Below, one piece after another: positions 25,336 to 35,469 of a stretch of 36,164 bases of DNA. Below the pieces are notes generated by a model, which worked only from the letters and a program-made list of their open reading frames with translations, was not told where the DNA came from and made no database searches. Location of the stretch: the NCBI RefSeq assembly GCF_001194135.2, contig NC_068995.1, positions 11,432,206-11,468,369 of the forward strand. The letters are read 5' to 3'. Origin of the DNA: Octopus bimaculoides. Taxonomy: Eukaryota. The translations under genes were made by a program, and so were the position numbers. Numbering within the stretch: position 1 is the stretch's first letter; every line of letters starts with the position of its first letter.

Positions 25336-26140
25336 ATACTTAGAAACATTTACGCACGCAAATATATATGTATATATATATATNNNNNNNNNNNNNNNNN
25401 NNNNNNNNNNNNNNNNNNNNNNNNNNNNNNNNNNNNNNNNNNNNNNNNNNNNNNNNNNNNNNNNNNNNNNNNNNNNNNNNNNNNNNNNNNNNNNNNNNNN
25501 NNNNNNNNNNNNNNNNNNNNNNNNNNNNNNNNNNNNNNNNNNNNNNNNNNNNNNNNNNNNNNNNNNNNNNNNNNNNNNNNNNNNNNNNNNNNNNNNNNNN
25601 NNNNNNNNNNNNNNNNNNNNNNNNNNNNNNNNNNNNNNNNNNNNNNNNNNNNNNNNNNNNNNNNNNNNNNNNNNNNNNNNNNNNNNNNNNNNNNNNNNNN
25701 NNNNNNNNNNNNNNNNNNNNNNNNNNNNNNNNNNNNNNNNNNNNNNNNNNNNNNNNNNNNNNNNNNNNNNNNNNNNNNNNNNNNNNNNNNNNNNNNNNNN
25801 NNNNNNNNNNNNNNNNNNNNNNNNNNNNNNNNNNNNNNNNNNNNNNNNNNNNNNNNNNNNNNNNNNNNNNNNNNNNNNNNNNNNNNNNNNNNNNNNNNNN
25901 NNNNNNNNNNNNNNNNNNNNNNNNNNNNCTCATGAGACCTTTTGTTTCGCTTGCAATAATTATTTACTTATGGAGAGCGCTCAGCCGATCATTCAAAATG
26001 AGTCCGGATTATGAGTAAATTGGCTGAAATAAATGACTGAACGCTGGATTACAAACACACGGTGTAGTGATTTTCAATAATCTTTTTTTTTTTACCTATA
26101 GATCATTTTGGTTCCTATTTTAAGCGAGTTGACCCTATAA

Positions 26141-26352
26141 GGCGGTGAGCTGGCAGAATAGTTAGCACGCCGGGCGAAATGCTTAGCAGTATTTCGCCCG
26201 ACTTCACGTTCTGGTTCAAATTCCGCTGAGGCCGACTTTGTCTTTCATCTTTTCGGGGTCGATAAATTAAGTACCAGTGAAACTCTGGGGTTCGATGTAA
26301 TCGACCAGTCCGTTCCCCTAAAATTTCAGGCCCTGTACCTTTAGTAGACAGG
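26141..26352 (+). mobile_element. SINE family A (tail type 2) with a 20-bp target-site duplication
   Basis: Head and core as in 6729. Flanks attttaagcgagttgaccct (26117-26136) and attttaatcgagttgaccct (26353-26372) match at 19/20. Confidence 0.85.
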
Positions 26353-26476
26353 ATTTTAATCGAGTTGACCCTCATATCAATCCAATGTCTTAAAAATTCG
26401 ATTATATATTTATAAGCGAATATTGTGTAAAATTGAATTGTGTTAAATTTGTGAAAATACTTTTTGTATTGTAAAA

Positions 26477-26588
26477 GTAGAACTAATTTCTTTCACATAA
26501 GTTTTAACCACAAAATCTTATATGTATCCCCAAAAAGGGTCAATATATGATTTTTGTTGTTAAAACTAATGTGAAATAAATGTTCTAG
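26477..26588. repeat. AT-rich imperfect foldback (inverted repeat, short loop)
   Basis: tttcacataagttttaaccacaaaatcttatat (26491-26523) pairs with atatatgatttttgttgttaaaactaatgtgaaa (26543-26576) with 3 mismatches and 1 bulge; a tagaac/gttcta pair extends the stem. Confidence 0.8.
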
Positions 26589-26954
26589 GATACCTAAATC
26601 TACTTTTGAGGCTGTGTCCCATTATACCTTGTTATAAAAAACAATTTATGACGAGGGATTGAATCTTGAGCGACTGAAACAAAGAAGCGTGGCAATGCTA
26701 CCTCTCTATATTACACATTTCAAGCAGGACTACAGAAACATGTGTCTGTCCTAACAAACCTAAATAGTGCTAGAATAATTTTGTTTTGCACAACTTAATT
26801 CAAATTTTGTATTACACACGCATATATACATACATACATACATACAAACAAACATACATACAAATATACATACATACAAACATACATACATACATGCAAC
26901 TCTTGCATGATTAACAAGAGATGTGTCTATTGATGTTCTCCTTCACTTGCACCA

Positions 26955-27035
26955 TGGGATAAATCAATTACATCAGAATTTGAACTCAGAACTATTAACT
27001 GACGAAATTCCTCTAAACATTTTGTCCGACGTGCA
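26955..27035 (-). mobile_element. SINE family A fragment (head and B box)
   Basis: cagaatttgaactcagaac..gacgaaattcctctaaacattttgtccgacgtgc is the diverged reverse complement of the head. Confidence 0.6.
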
Positions 27036-27176
27036 ACTAGACCCACAGAGCGAAATCAATATCTCATGTGCTCTTGCTGTGTTAGTTTAATTGTATACGA
27101 TGCAGAATCTTGGGTACTCTCTATAAGGTTACCAAACATATTCGATTGTTGTTACAAAGGACTTCTGTCTACGTAG

Positions 27177-27256
27177 GGTACAAACTCTTTTGGGGGAAAA
27201 CCCATTCCTCATTAAGACAAATTTACCATTTATTTTGCATAAGCTGAAACAACGTG
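27177..27256 (+). CDS. Candidate internal exon (R)VQTLLGENPFLIKTNLPFILHKLKQR, phase 2 to 1
   Basis: Acceptor cttctgtctacgtAG and strong donor GTG|GTAAGC. Only one of three frames is open over the 80 nt, and phases fit 24001 upstream and 34003 downstream. Confidence 0.45.
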
Positions 27257-27454
27257 GTAAGCAATTTTCTGGGCACTGATTTAGGACCAAAGATAGTCTC
27301 TGGGCCTCTCGATCAACTGGTAGTAACAACAACATGATTCCGTATCTCGATGTCATCCCTAAAATCTTGTAAAAGATAGGCTATATGGTGCATTAAAGTA
27401 GGATTATGTGCTCAAGGACCAAGTATTTTTAGATCTTTTATCTTTAACTTGTCT

Positions 27455-27845
27455 CACTCATAAGACTGCGACCAAGCTGCAGCACCGCCTTGAAGTATTT
27501 AGTCGAACAAGTCGACACACTTATACTTATTCATGTAAATCTGGATTTATTCTATCCTTCTCTTTTATTGAAATTCTATTACAAGGCTTAAACAAACCGA
27601 CGCCGGTTGTCAAGCGGTGATAGAGTCAAAGAGTTACATACATACACATGCACACACAAACACTCGCATATACACAGACACATTTATATACGACACGCAT
27701 CCACACAGTTTCCGCATATCAAATCCACTCACAAGGCATTAGTCGGCCCGGGGCTATAGTAAAACTCATTCGCCAAAAGTAGGTTTGAACTCGCAATCGC
27801 AGGGTTATAAAGCGAGTTTCTTACACACACAACCATGCTAGCACC
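27455..27845 (-). mobile_element. SINE family B, near full length, with internal microsatellite
   Basis: Reverse of the 3' half (cagcaccgcc..tagtcgaacaagtcgac..cgccggttgtcaagcg), a (CA/TA) spacer, then reverse of the head (aaatccactcacaaggc..gtcggcccggggctatag..). Confidence 0.7.
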
Positions 27846-27954
27846 TGTAAATCTATGTGTATATTGTTTATATTTATTGTTATGTACAGTATTTACACAA
27901 ATATTTTCATATAAAGTTGCAGTTGCGGCTCTGTTGTAAGAAATTTGCTTCGTA

Positions 27955-28290
27955 ACAGCATATGTCTCGGTTAAGTCCCATTGCATAGCACCTTGGGCAA
28001 ATGTTTTCTTCCAAAGTGCTTTGAGAGGATTTGGTAAACGGAAACTGAAAGAAGCACGTCACATATGTGCGTGTGTGTGTGTGTGTCTTTATGTCTGTTT
28101 GAACGGTGTAGATGTGTTTACGTTCCTGTAACATAACAGTTCAGCAAAAGACACTGATAGAGCAAGTACGAGGCTTGAAGACATAAATAAGTAATGGGGT
28201 AGATTCGCAATACGAACATTCTCCAAAGCGCCTTCCCCCACGCAGCATGGCTGCAATCTAAGGAATGAAACATGTAAAACGTAGAAAATA
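27955..28290 (+). mobile_element. SINE family B with internal (TG)n microsatellite
   Basis: ggttaagtcccattgcatagcaccttgggcaaatg..ggatttggtaaacggaaactgaaagaagc, then (TG)n, then gtgtttacgttcctgtaac..gttcagcaaaagacactgatag..cagcatggctgca. Confidence 0.75.
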
Positions 28291-28670
28291 AACGTTAAAA
28301 GGACACACAATATGGCAAGGGTGCTTGACACCTGAGTTCTGATGCCACTTTGTGTCTTTAGCGCTTAAACAAAAAGGAAGTCTCCCAGGGCCTATTCCTT
28401 TCCAGATCTGATCTAGAACCTTCTACTATGTGACCACATACTTTTATCAAGAAACCTATTTATACATATGAATTCACTCCCCCACACATACGTACGTACC
28501 TACATGAATACGCATGCATCTACAACAAATCACATCTACCTAAGTACGTGAGTACATACAAACACACACACACATACATGCACATATATATATATATATA
28601 TGCATATACACACATATGTATATGTACAAACATACATATGTATATCTAAATAAATAAATACATACATATA

Positions 28671-28722
<52 letters not shown>

Positions 28723-28875
28723 TATGTTCGCGTATACACGCACACGTACACTTCATCAAGACAAGATGTCCTTAAACGACACTTTTACTTAGGTTCGAAA
28801 TATGAAGCTTATAAGCTTTTACAGTTTTTAACCACACACACACACATACCTCTCTCCTTCTTTCTCTTTCACTCC

Positions 28876-28915
<40 letters not shown>

Positions 28916-29735
28916 CCCTCTTTCTGCTGCCCTTTTCTTTCTCTCTTCTCTCACTCCCACCACCACTTGTATAAAACATCTTGTAAAATAGTATTGAGCC
29001 GTTTCAAGTACCAAATTATTTCTCGCATGTAAGAAATAAATATTACGTATCTATAATCTCCAGCGCTTCGTACAATGTTCTAAATATTACTACACGAGGT
29101 TACTTAGATACATATATATACATAGATACACATATATATATATATACACAGAGAGAGAGCTGCAAGATTTAGATATTTTAGTTTATTTATTTATATTTTT
29201 TTTTGTCTTTCTTTCTCTGGTTTTTTTTTTTTTTTTGGTAGGTATCATTTCTTTAACGCTTCTTATGTTGCAATCTTGCAATCTTCATTAAATTTGATGA
29301 AGAATATGCCGTTTTAAAATTGCATATACATATTATCTGCACAGGAATCTTCCGTATAGATCACATGCTTCAGCCTCTTCTGCAACTCATTTATTTCTTT
29401 GAATATATTTTGCAGTCTTCATATTTACATTAAATACCAAAAATCAATTACCATTTCTTCAAATATAGCACGCAGTAGTTTCGATTGGAAACGTCGAAGA
29501 ACTTTACAACGAAACACTTGTGTTTCTTTTCCAATAAAGAACAAGTGGGTTCGGTCTTAGTAACAGTAAGAACGTGGTTGCTGATTAAGATGTGTCTTAT
29601 TTGCTTTTATTTCTAGATTTCAAGTCAATAGCGAAAGATCCGGTTTCTAGCCTAGATCCAAGGCTTCTTCATTGGAATTTCTACGTCAATCACATAATTG
29701 TGCATATATAAATATATATTTATGTGTATAGTTGT

Positions 29736-29880
29736 AGGCATGGGTATGTGGTAAGAAGCTTGATTCCCGTCCACATGGTTCCGGGTTCAGTCCCACTCTG
29801 TGGTATATTGGGCAAGCCTCGGTCCGACCAAATACTTGAGAGTGGATTTGGTAGATGGAAACTGAAATGAGCCCGTCGTA

Positions 29881-29882
<2 letters not shown>
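29736..29882 (+). mobile_element. SINE family B head, followed by (TATC)n and (CATA)n
   Basis: aggcatgggtatgtggtaagaagctt..ggttccgggttcagtcccact..ttgggcaag..gagtggatttggtagatggaaactgaa..cccgtcgtata. Confidence 0.8.
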
Positions 29883-29924
<42 letters not shown>

Positions 29925-30020
29925 AATCTATCTATTTATCTATCTATCTATCTAACTATACACACACACATGCATACATACATACATACATACATACAGA
30001 CAGACATACATACATAAATA
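29880..30020. repeat. Compound (TATC)n-(CA)n-(CATA)n microsatellite
   Basis: Direct reading. Confidence 0.9.
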
Positions 30021-30186
30021 AGCGCAGGAGTAGCTGTGTGGTAAATAGCTTGCTTACCAACCACATGATTCTGGGTTCATTCCCACTGCGTGGCACTTTG
30101 TGCAAGTGTCTTCTACTATAGCCTCGGGCCGATCAAAGCTTTGTGAGTGGATTTCATAGACAGAAACTGGAAGAAGCCCGTCGTAT
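30021..30186 (+). mobile_element. SINE family B head, running into a gap
   Basis: gcgcaggagtagctgtgtggtaaatagcttgcttaccaaccacatgattctgggttcattcccactgcgtggcactttgtgcaagtg..cagaaactggaagaagcccgtcgtat. Confidence 0.85.
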
Positions 30187-31471
30187 NNNNNNNNNNNNNN
30201 NNNNNNNNNNNNNNNNNNNNNNNNNNNNNNNNNNNNNNNNNNNNNNNNNNNNNNNNNNNNNNNNNNNNNNNNNNNNNNNNNNNNNNNNNNNNNNNNNNNN
30301 NNNNNNNNNNNNNNNNNNNNNNNNNNNNNNNNNNNNNNNNNNNNNNNNNNNNNNNNNNNNNNNNNNNNNNNNNNNNNNNNNNNNNNNNNNNNNNNNNNNN
30401 NNNNNNNNNNNNNNNNNNNNNNNNNNNNNNNNNNNNNNNNNNNNNNNNNNNNNNNNNNNNNNNNNNNNNNNNNNNNNNNNNNNNNNNNNNNNNNNNNNNN
30501 NNNNNNNNNNNNNNNNNNNNNNNNNNNNNNNNNNNNNNNNNNNNNNNNNNNNNNNNNNNNNNNNNNNNNNNNNNNNNNNNNNNNNNNNNNNNNNNNNNNN
30601 NNNNNNNNNNNNNNNNNNNNNNNNNNNNNNNNNNNNNNNNNNNNNNNNNNNNNNNNNNNNNNNNNNNNNNNNNNNNNNNNNNNNNNNNNNNNNNNNNNNN
30701 NNNNNNNNNNNNNNNNNNNNNNNNNNNNNNNNNNNNNNNNNNNNNNNNNNNNNNNNNNNNNNNNNNNNNNNNNNNNNNNNNNNNNNNNNNNNNNNNNNNN
30801 NNNNNNNNNNNNNNNNNNNNNNNNNNNNNNNNNNNNNNNNNNNNNNNNNNNNNNNNNNNNNNNNNNNNNNNNNNNNNNNNNNNNNNNNNNNNNNNNNNNN
30901 NNNNNNNNNNNNNNNNNNNNNNNNNNNNNNNNNNNNNNNNNNNNNNNNNNNNNNNNNNNNNNNNNNNNNNNNNNNNNNNNNNNNNNNNNNNNNNNNNNNN
31001 NNNNNNNNTATATATATATATATATTTATACACATATGCACATACAGATATCAGTGTATCTTTGCTATTGTTCCTGTTCTTCTATCTTCATTTATAACGT
31101 TATATATCCTGGGCTGGTCATTACAGCTATATATTACACTTTCGACATAAGCTCTAATTATTCTGATGTATAGTATTTTCTTCCGCATGTGCATTCGCTT
31201 AGCAAGAGAACGTTGTAATTAAAGTGATGTACACGTTTCCGGGAGATAGAAGAAATCTATAATCAGACTGAGATTTAGGGTGTGTACATCCAACGCGCAT
31301 TGATATGCAATCAAATGCGCAATTTTCTTACACGTGTGAACATGTAAGTGCATATGACAGCAAATATCTGGTTTCTTTTTTTTTATACTGATACGCACAT
31401 GCATACATAGATACAAAGATACATAGACACGTACATGCATATGCACATATATACATACATACATACATACA

Positions 31472-31505
<34 letters not shown>

Positions 31506-32112
31506 CTTATATTTATACACACACGTACACATGCACATGTATATATATGCATAAACATATGTTAAATACTTATATATGTATGAATATATATATAGAGAGA
31601 TACACCCACATGTACGTATATAGTTATATATACATACATATGTANNNNNNNNNNNNNNNNNNNNNNNNNNNNNNNNNNNNNNNNNNNNNNNNNNNNNNNN
31701 NNNNNNNNNNNNNNNNNNNNNNNNNNNNNNNNNNNNNNNNNNNNNNNNNNNNNNNNNNNNNNNNNNNNNNNNNNNNNNNNNNNNNNNNNNNNNNNNNNNN
31801 NNNNNNNNNNNNNNNNNNNNNNNNNNNNNNNNNNNNNNNNNNNNNNNNNNNNNNNNNNNNNNNNNNNNNNNNNNNNNNNNNNNNNNNNNNNNNNNNNNNN
31901 NNNNNNNNNNNNNNNNNNNNNNNNNNNNNNNNNNNNNNNNNNNNNNNNNNNNNNNNNNNNNNNNNNNNNNNNNNNNNNNNNNNNNNNNNNNNNNNNNNNN
32001 NNNNNNNNNNNNNNNNNNNTATATATATATATACATATATATATGAATGAATATATGTATAAATATATATGTATATACATATGCCTACACACACACACCT
32101 ACACACATGCCT

Positions 32113-32144
<32 letters not shown>

Positions 32145-32633
32145 TCACATATGTACATATGTGGGTGGGTGTTACGTATGTGCGTCTATTTACGTGAATG
32201 CGCGTGTGTGCATGTATATGTGTTTGTATATAATAGGAAGGTAAACGAGCATGCGCAAGATATTTGCAAAGCTCGAGTTTTCGTATCGTTGCTATTGATG
32301 TACAGTATGTTCACCTTGAATTACCGAAGGTTTAATGCCTGTTGTACAAAACTTTAACAAGCGCAAGTGAATTCCATTGGGCTACAGTTCCGTAAAGCAA
32401 TGATAGCGAATAGTGTTTAATTGTAGGGTTTGAGAAAGTAAGACAAAGTAAGAATATAGAGCACAGGGTAAGGCTGGGGTGAGAAGGAATCTCGATAATT
32501 TGTATGGGAAGATGGTGTTGCATTAGCAGAAACATAGGCAGATGGATGAACCCCCATGTGTGTGTTGTAGTTGTACTGTATTAATGAAAGAATTTTGCCA
32601 ATCGTACATTCTTTGTGGATGCGGTGTCCATGA

Positions 32634-33065
32634 GTTAGGATCAGGGCAGCGGCACTGCGCGAGCACGGAAGTGACAGTTGCCTTGAGAATACATCAATGT
32701 CCCTGCAACAACATCACAACAACATCTGCAAAAATAAGAAGACAACGAAAGCAGTGGTTGCTGCTGCTGCTGGCGGGCATGGTGGCGCTGTCTCTGGTGT
32801 TAGGTCACCACTGCAAAGTCGAAATTGTGGAAGCGTCATCACTGGCAACAATAGGTATCGGTCATCTCTGGCTAAGACGCCGGCTCGAGCCAACATCAAT
32901 TCTACTGGTGGAACGGGTGTTAAAACCGTTTCTAAGCCTCTTTTCAATTGGGGTCTTGAATCTAGCGAGCACGGCAGCGGCACAACGAGATCACGGCAGC
33001 GGCACAACGAGATCACGGCAACGGCACAACATCAGTTTTGTGCGCAGTGCTCTAGATCATTGTAA
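32634..33065 (+). CDS. Low-complexity G/S/A/N-rich open frame of unknown status (exon, pseudo-exon or gene fragment)
   Basis: Open from 32634, ATG at 32697. Codons are RNY-biased (gtt gct gct ggc, aat tct act ggt) and GC is well above the flanks. No clear polypyrimidine acceptor and no recognisable domain. Confidence 0.3.
   Translation, partial: VRIRAAALREHGSDSCLENTSMSLQQHHNNICKNKKTTKAVVAAAAGGHGGAVSGVRSPLQSRNCGSVITGNNRYRSSLAKTPARANINSTGGTGVKTVSKPLFNWGLESSEHGSGTTRSRQRHNEITATAQHQFCAQCSRSL
32970..33030. repeat. 22-bp tandem repeat, about 2.8 copies (cacggcagcggcacaacgagat)
   Basis: Units at 32970-32991, 32992-33013 and 33014-33030 (partial, one substitution). Confidence 0.95.
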
Positions 33066-33158
33066 AATATCAACAGATGATTACGTATGCAGTTATTTGT
33101 TGCCCTTAAAATGTCTAATTTTTCGAATAAACTTTTAAGAACACTGTTTAGAGTCCTT

Positions 33159-33306
33159 AGCACGAAGTGTCGAATGTTTAGTGGGATTTCGTCTGTCTTT
33201 ACGTTTTGGGTTCAAATTCCACCGAGGTCAACCATGCCTTTCGACCTTTCCAGGTCGATAACATAAGTACCATTTGAGCACTGGGGTAGAGGTAATCTGT
33301 TAGTCC
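33159..33306 (+). mobile_element. Diverged SINE family A
   Basis: gatttcgtctgtctttacgttttgggttcaaattccaccgaggtcaac..gcctttcgacctttccaggtcgataac..aagtacca. Confidence 0.75.
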
Positions 33307-33313
33307 TTCTCAT

Positions 33314-33470
33314 AGGCGCAGGCGTGGGTGTGTAGTAACAAGCTTCCTTCCCCACCACAGGGTTCAGGTTTCAATCCCGCTGCGTGGAACCTTAGTCAAA
33401 CGCACTCCACTATATATTCGGGCCGACCAGTACCTTGTGAGAACACTTGATAGACAGAAACTGAAAAGGA
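33314..33470 (+). mobile_element. SINE family B head
   Basis: aggcgcaggcgtgggtgtgtagtaacaagctt..ggttcaggtttcaatcccgctgcgtggaaccttag..gggccgacc..ccttgtgag..gacagaaactgaaa. Confidence 0.75.
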
Positions 33471-34002
33471 ACAGACAGTTCAGTTAATATGTATTGTATA
33501 GTAAAGTTTTAGAATGAGGTGAAGTACATGTGTTTGTAGTACACACACACATACACACACACACACACATGTATACACACACGATGGCCTTTCAAAAGTT
33601 GCCATCTGGCAAATTATACTCGCTTGCGAGTGACGGGTAAACCTACCAAAGCAGCTAATGTAGTTGATGCTATGGTAACTCTTTCGAGTAGGACTGACTC
33701 CGTCAGTGGGTATTGTATCAAGCACGGAGTCGGATCACTACACATTTCGTTTAGTAGTTCCAGTGTTCATGCTTCCACGCGTCGACACTTGTGAATAGAT
33801 GCGATGCTGAAGACATAAAAGCATACGAAATTAAACTGTAATTAACATTACTTCAAATTAAAACCAACCAATCTTTCAGTTCTGAACATGCCTAATATGT
33901 GTAATAAATTAACAATTTTTTTAAATATTATATTATATTATATTATATTATATTATATTATTTCATCCATAATTTTCTTGGATATTTCATTATTTGTTAC
34001 AG

Positions 34003-34124
34003 CTGTAGCATGCGCCTGGCTATACTCCAATATACCATATGGCATAGGATGGGAGGACGACTCGAATCACATGAACGATACAATGCAAATAGCCAACAGG
34101 GGAATATGGAATTATTGCAAATTC
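34003..34124 (+). CDS. Candidate exon (A)VACAWLYSNIPYGIGWEDDSNHMNDTMQIANRGIWNYCKF, phase 1 to 0, or terminal exon reading to TGA at 34134-34136
   Basis: Good acceptor ttcattatttgttacAG and phase fits 27256. The only phase-0 donor (TTC|GTTTCG) is weak. Confidence 0.3.
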
Positions 34125-34394
34125 GTTTCGGCCTGAAGGCAGAAATTAACATTATTAGAACTACCAAAAGGATTCCTCTACACCATATTACTGTACAGCA
34201 CACACTACGCAACATATAATGAAATATCTTAAAGCTTAGGGGCTCAATATTTTGCGAAATTAAGGACTGGTGAAGTAGTAGAAAGTGTAGATCATTACAT
34301 GGATTAAATGTATAACAACCTGAGTGAATGAAGGTACGACTAGAAAGTCGGCTCTTCTGCTAGAAATGGCAGTTAAATTTTATTTAAATCAAAT

Positions 34395-34599
34395 CATACA
34401 ACTGTTGAGTTAAAAATGGGAAAACACTTTTAGTAAGATAGTAAAGTAATAAAGCAATAGATAAATAAATTGATATAAAACAATAAAGGTAAATGAATAA
34501 TTAAAATAAAAGACTGGATTGCCACAACTGGAACGTCTTTTATCATAGGCTTCAGCTCGAAGTGTGCTGACCTGGAGTAATAAACAACAGCAGCAAAAT
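34395..34599 (+). repeat. Left arm of a perfect 205-bp inverted repeat (family D SINE-like 3' portion)
   Basis: Checked block by block: identical to the reverse complement of 35842-36046 at all 205 positions. Repeat-like sequence continues upstream (about 34340-34394) only on this arm. Confidence 0.97.
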
Positions 34600-35152
34600 G
34601 AAGAAGAACAGGAAGAACGACAACTCTACTCCATCGACAGCAACGAAAGCGCCAGAGGGTGCTGATCTCAGCGACGGGAGGGAACCGTTACATTGACGTC
34701 TGACATACTAGAAAAAACAGTTAAACTGTCAAAGTTTTGTCATTTCTAAATCACAAGCTACTTGATAATACAGTCACATTGGATAATGTAGTCTAGAAAA
34801 CAAAATAGACATGTCGCTCGTGGACGAAAATCCTTCAATAGAAGCTTGCACGACCAAGATTGATCTGGGGATAAAGACGGAGGAGAATGATAATGTGGAG
34901 AAGCAGGAGGAGGAAAAGGAGAAGGGTTAGAGGATGGAAGGAGGGCGATGGAAGGCACACGGAAAGGGGAAGAACACCATAAAAAGGATTAACATGTATG
35001 GCAGTGATTAGTTTCGATCCACTCGGTTCTGCACCAAAGTTCTTCTGAGGCTAAGATGCTAAATTTGTTTTTCGTTCCCTCGGAAGTCGATTAAATGGTT
35101 GATAAACATATTTATATGTTATCAACCATCTGTAATCACAGCTTCTCAGTCC

Positions 35153-35185
<33 letters not shown>

Positions 35186-35274
35186 CTATATATCTTAGGG
35201 TTCCTGTACTAATTAAAGAAATAAACACATTACGTAACGTTAAAAAACTATCTTGCTTTTGCTTTATCGCTCAG

Positions 35275-35469
35275 CCAGAAGCGGAAGACAGCAACCTTGA
35301 ACCTTACCGGAAGCTCCAAGACTGGAGAACTGGGCTGAATGTTTGCAGCAGAATGAACTTTGCCAATGTCACCAAGGGACCAGATGACAATGTTAAAGCG
35401 ATTAACGGATTAAGTTTACTGCGGAAATACAGTGAAGTCGTAGTGGAAGCAGTAGAGAAAGAATCTAAA
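35275..35469 (+). CDS. Candidate internal exon of 65 aa (PEAEDSNLEPYRKLQDWRTGLNVCSRMNFANVTKGPDDNVKAINGLSLLRKYSEVVVEAVEKESK), unknown protein
   Basis: Acceptor tatcttgcttttgctttatcgctcAG and donor AAA|GTATAT. 195 nt, phase 0-0, only this frame is open, with protein-like composition against AT-rich flanks. Confidence 0.6.

Larger units (their letters stand above)
814..32019. other. Ten assembly gaps: 814-1181, 7753-7943, 10427-10456, 11557-12402, 14671-14911, 19909-20882, 21607-21932, 25384-25928, 30187-31008, 31645-32019
   Basis: N runs totalling 4,718 nt. Each has (TA)n on at least one side, as expected for a short-read scaffold. Confidence 0.98.

Noticed and set aside
29330-29510. Minus-strand peptides LRRFQSKLLRAIFEEM and RLQNIFKEINELQKRLK
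   Set aside because: Joining them needs a 35-nt intron and breaks phase. A-rich strands readily give coiled-coil-like translations.
680-32148. Long ORFs of 100-478 aa in the track containing X runs and [16 protein letters not shown] repeats
   Set aside because: They are artefacts of translating through N gaps and dinucleotide microsatellites.
32970-33030. Direct repeats that might suggest a CRISPR array
   Set aside because: The units are contiguous with no spacers, in a eukaryotic context with no cas genes.
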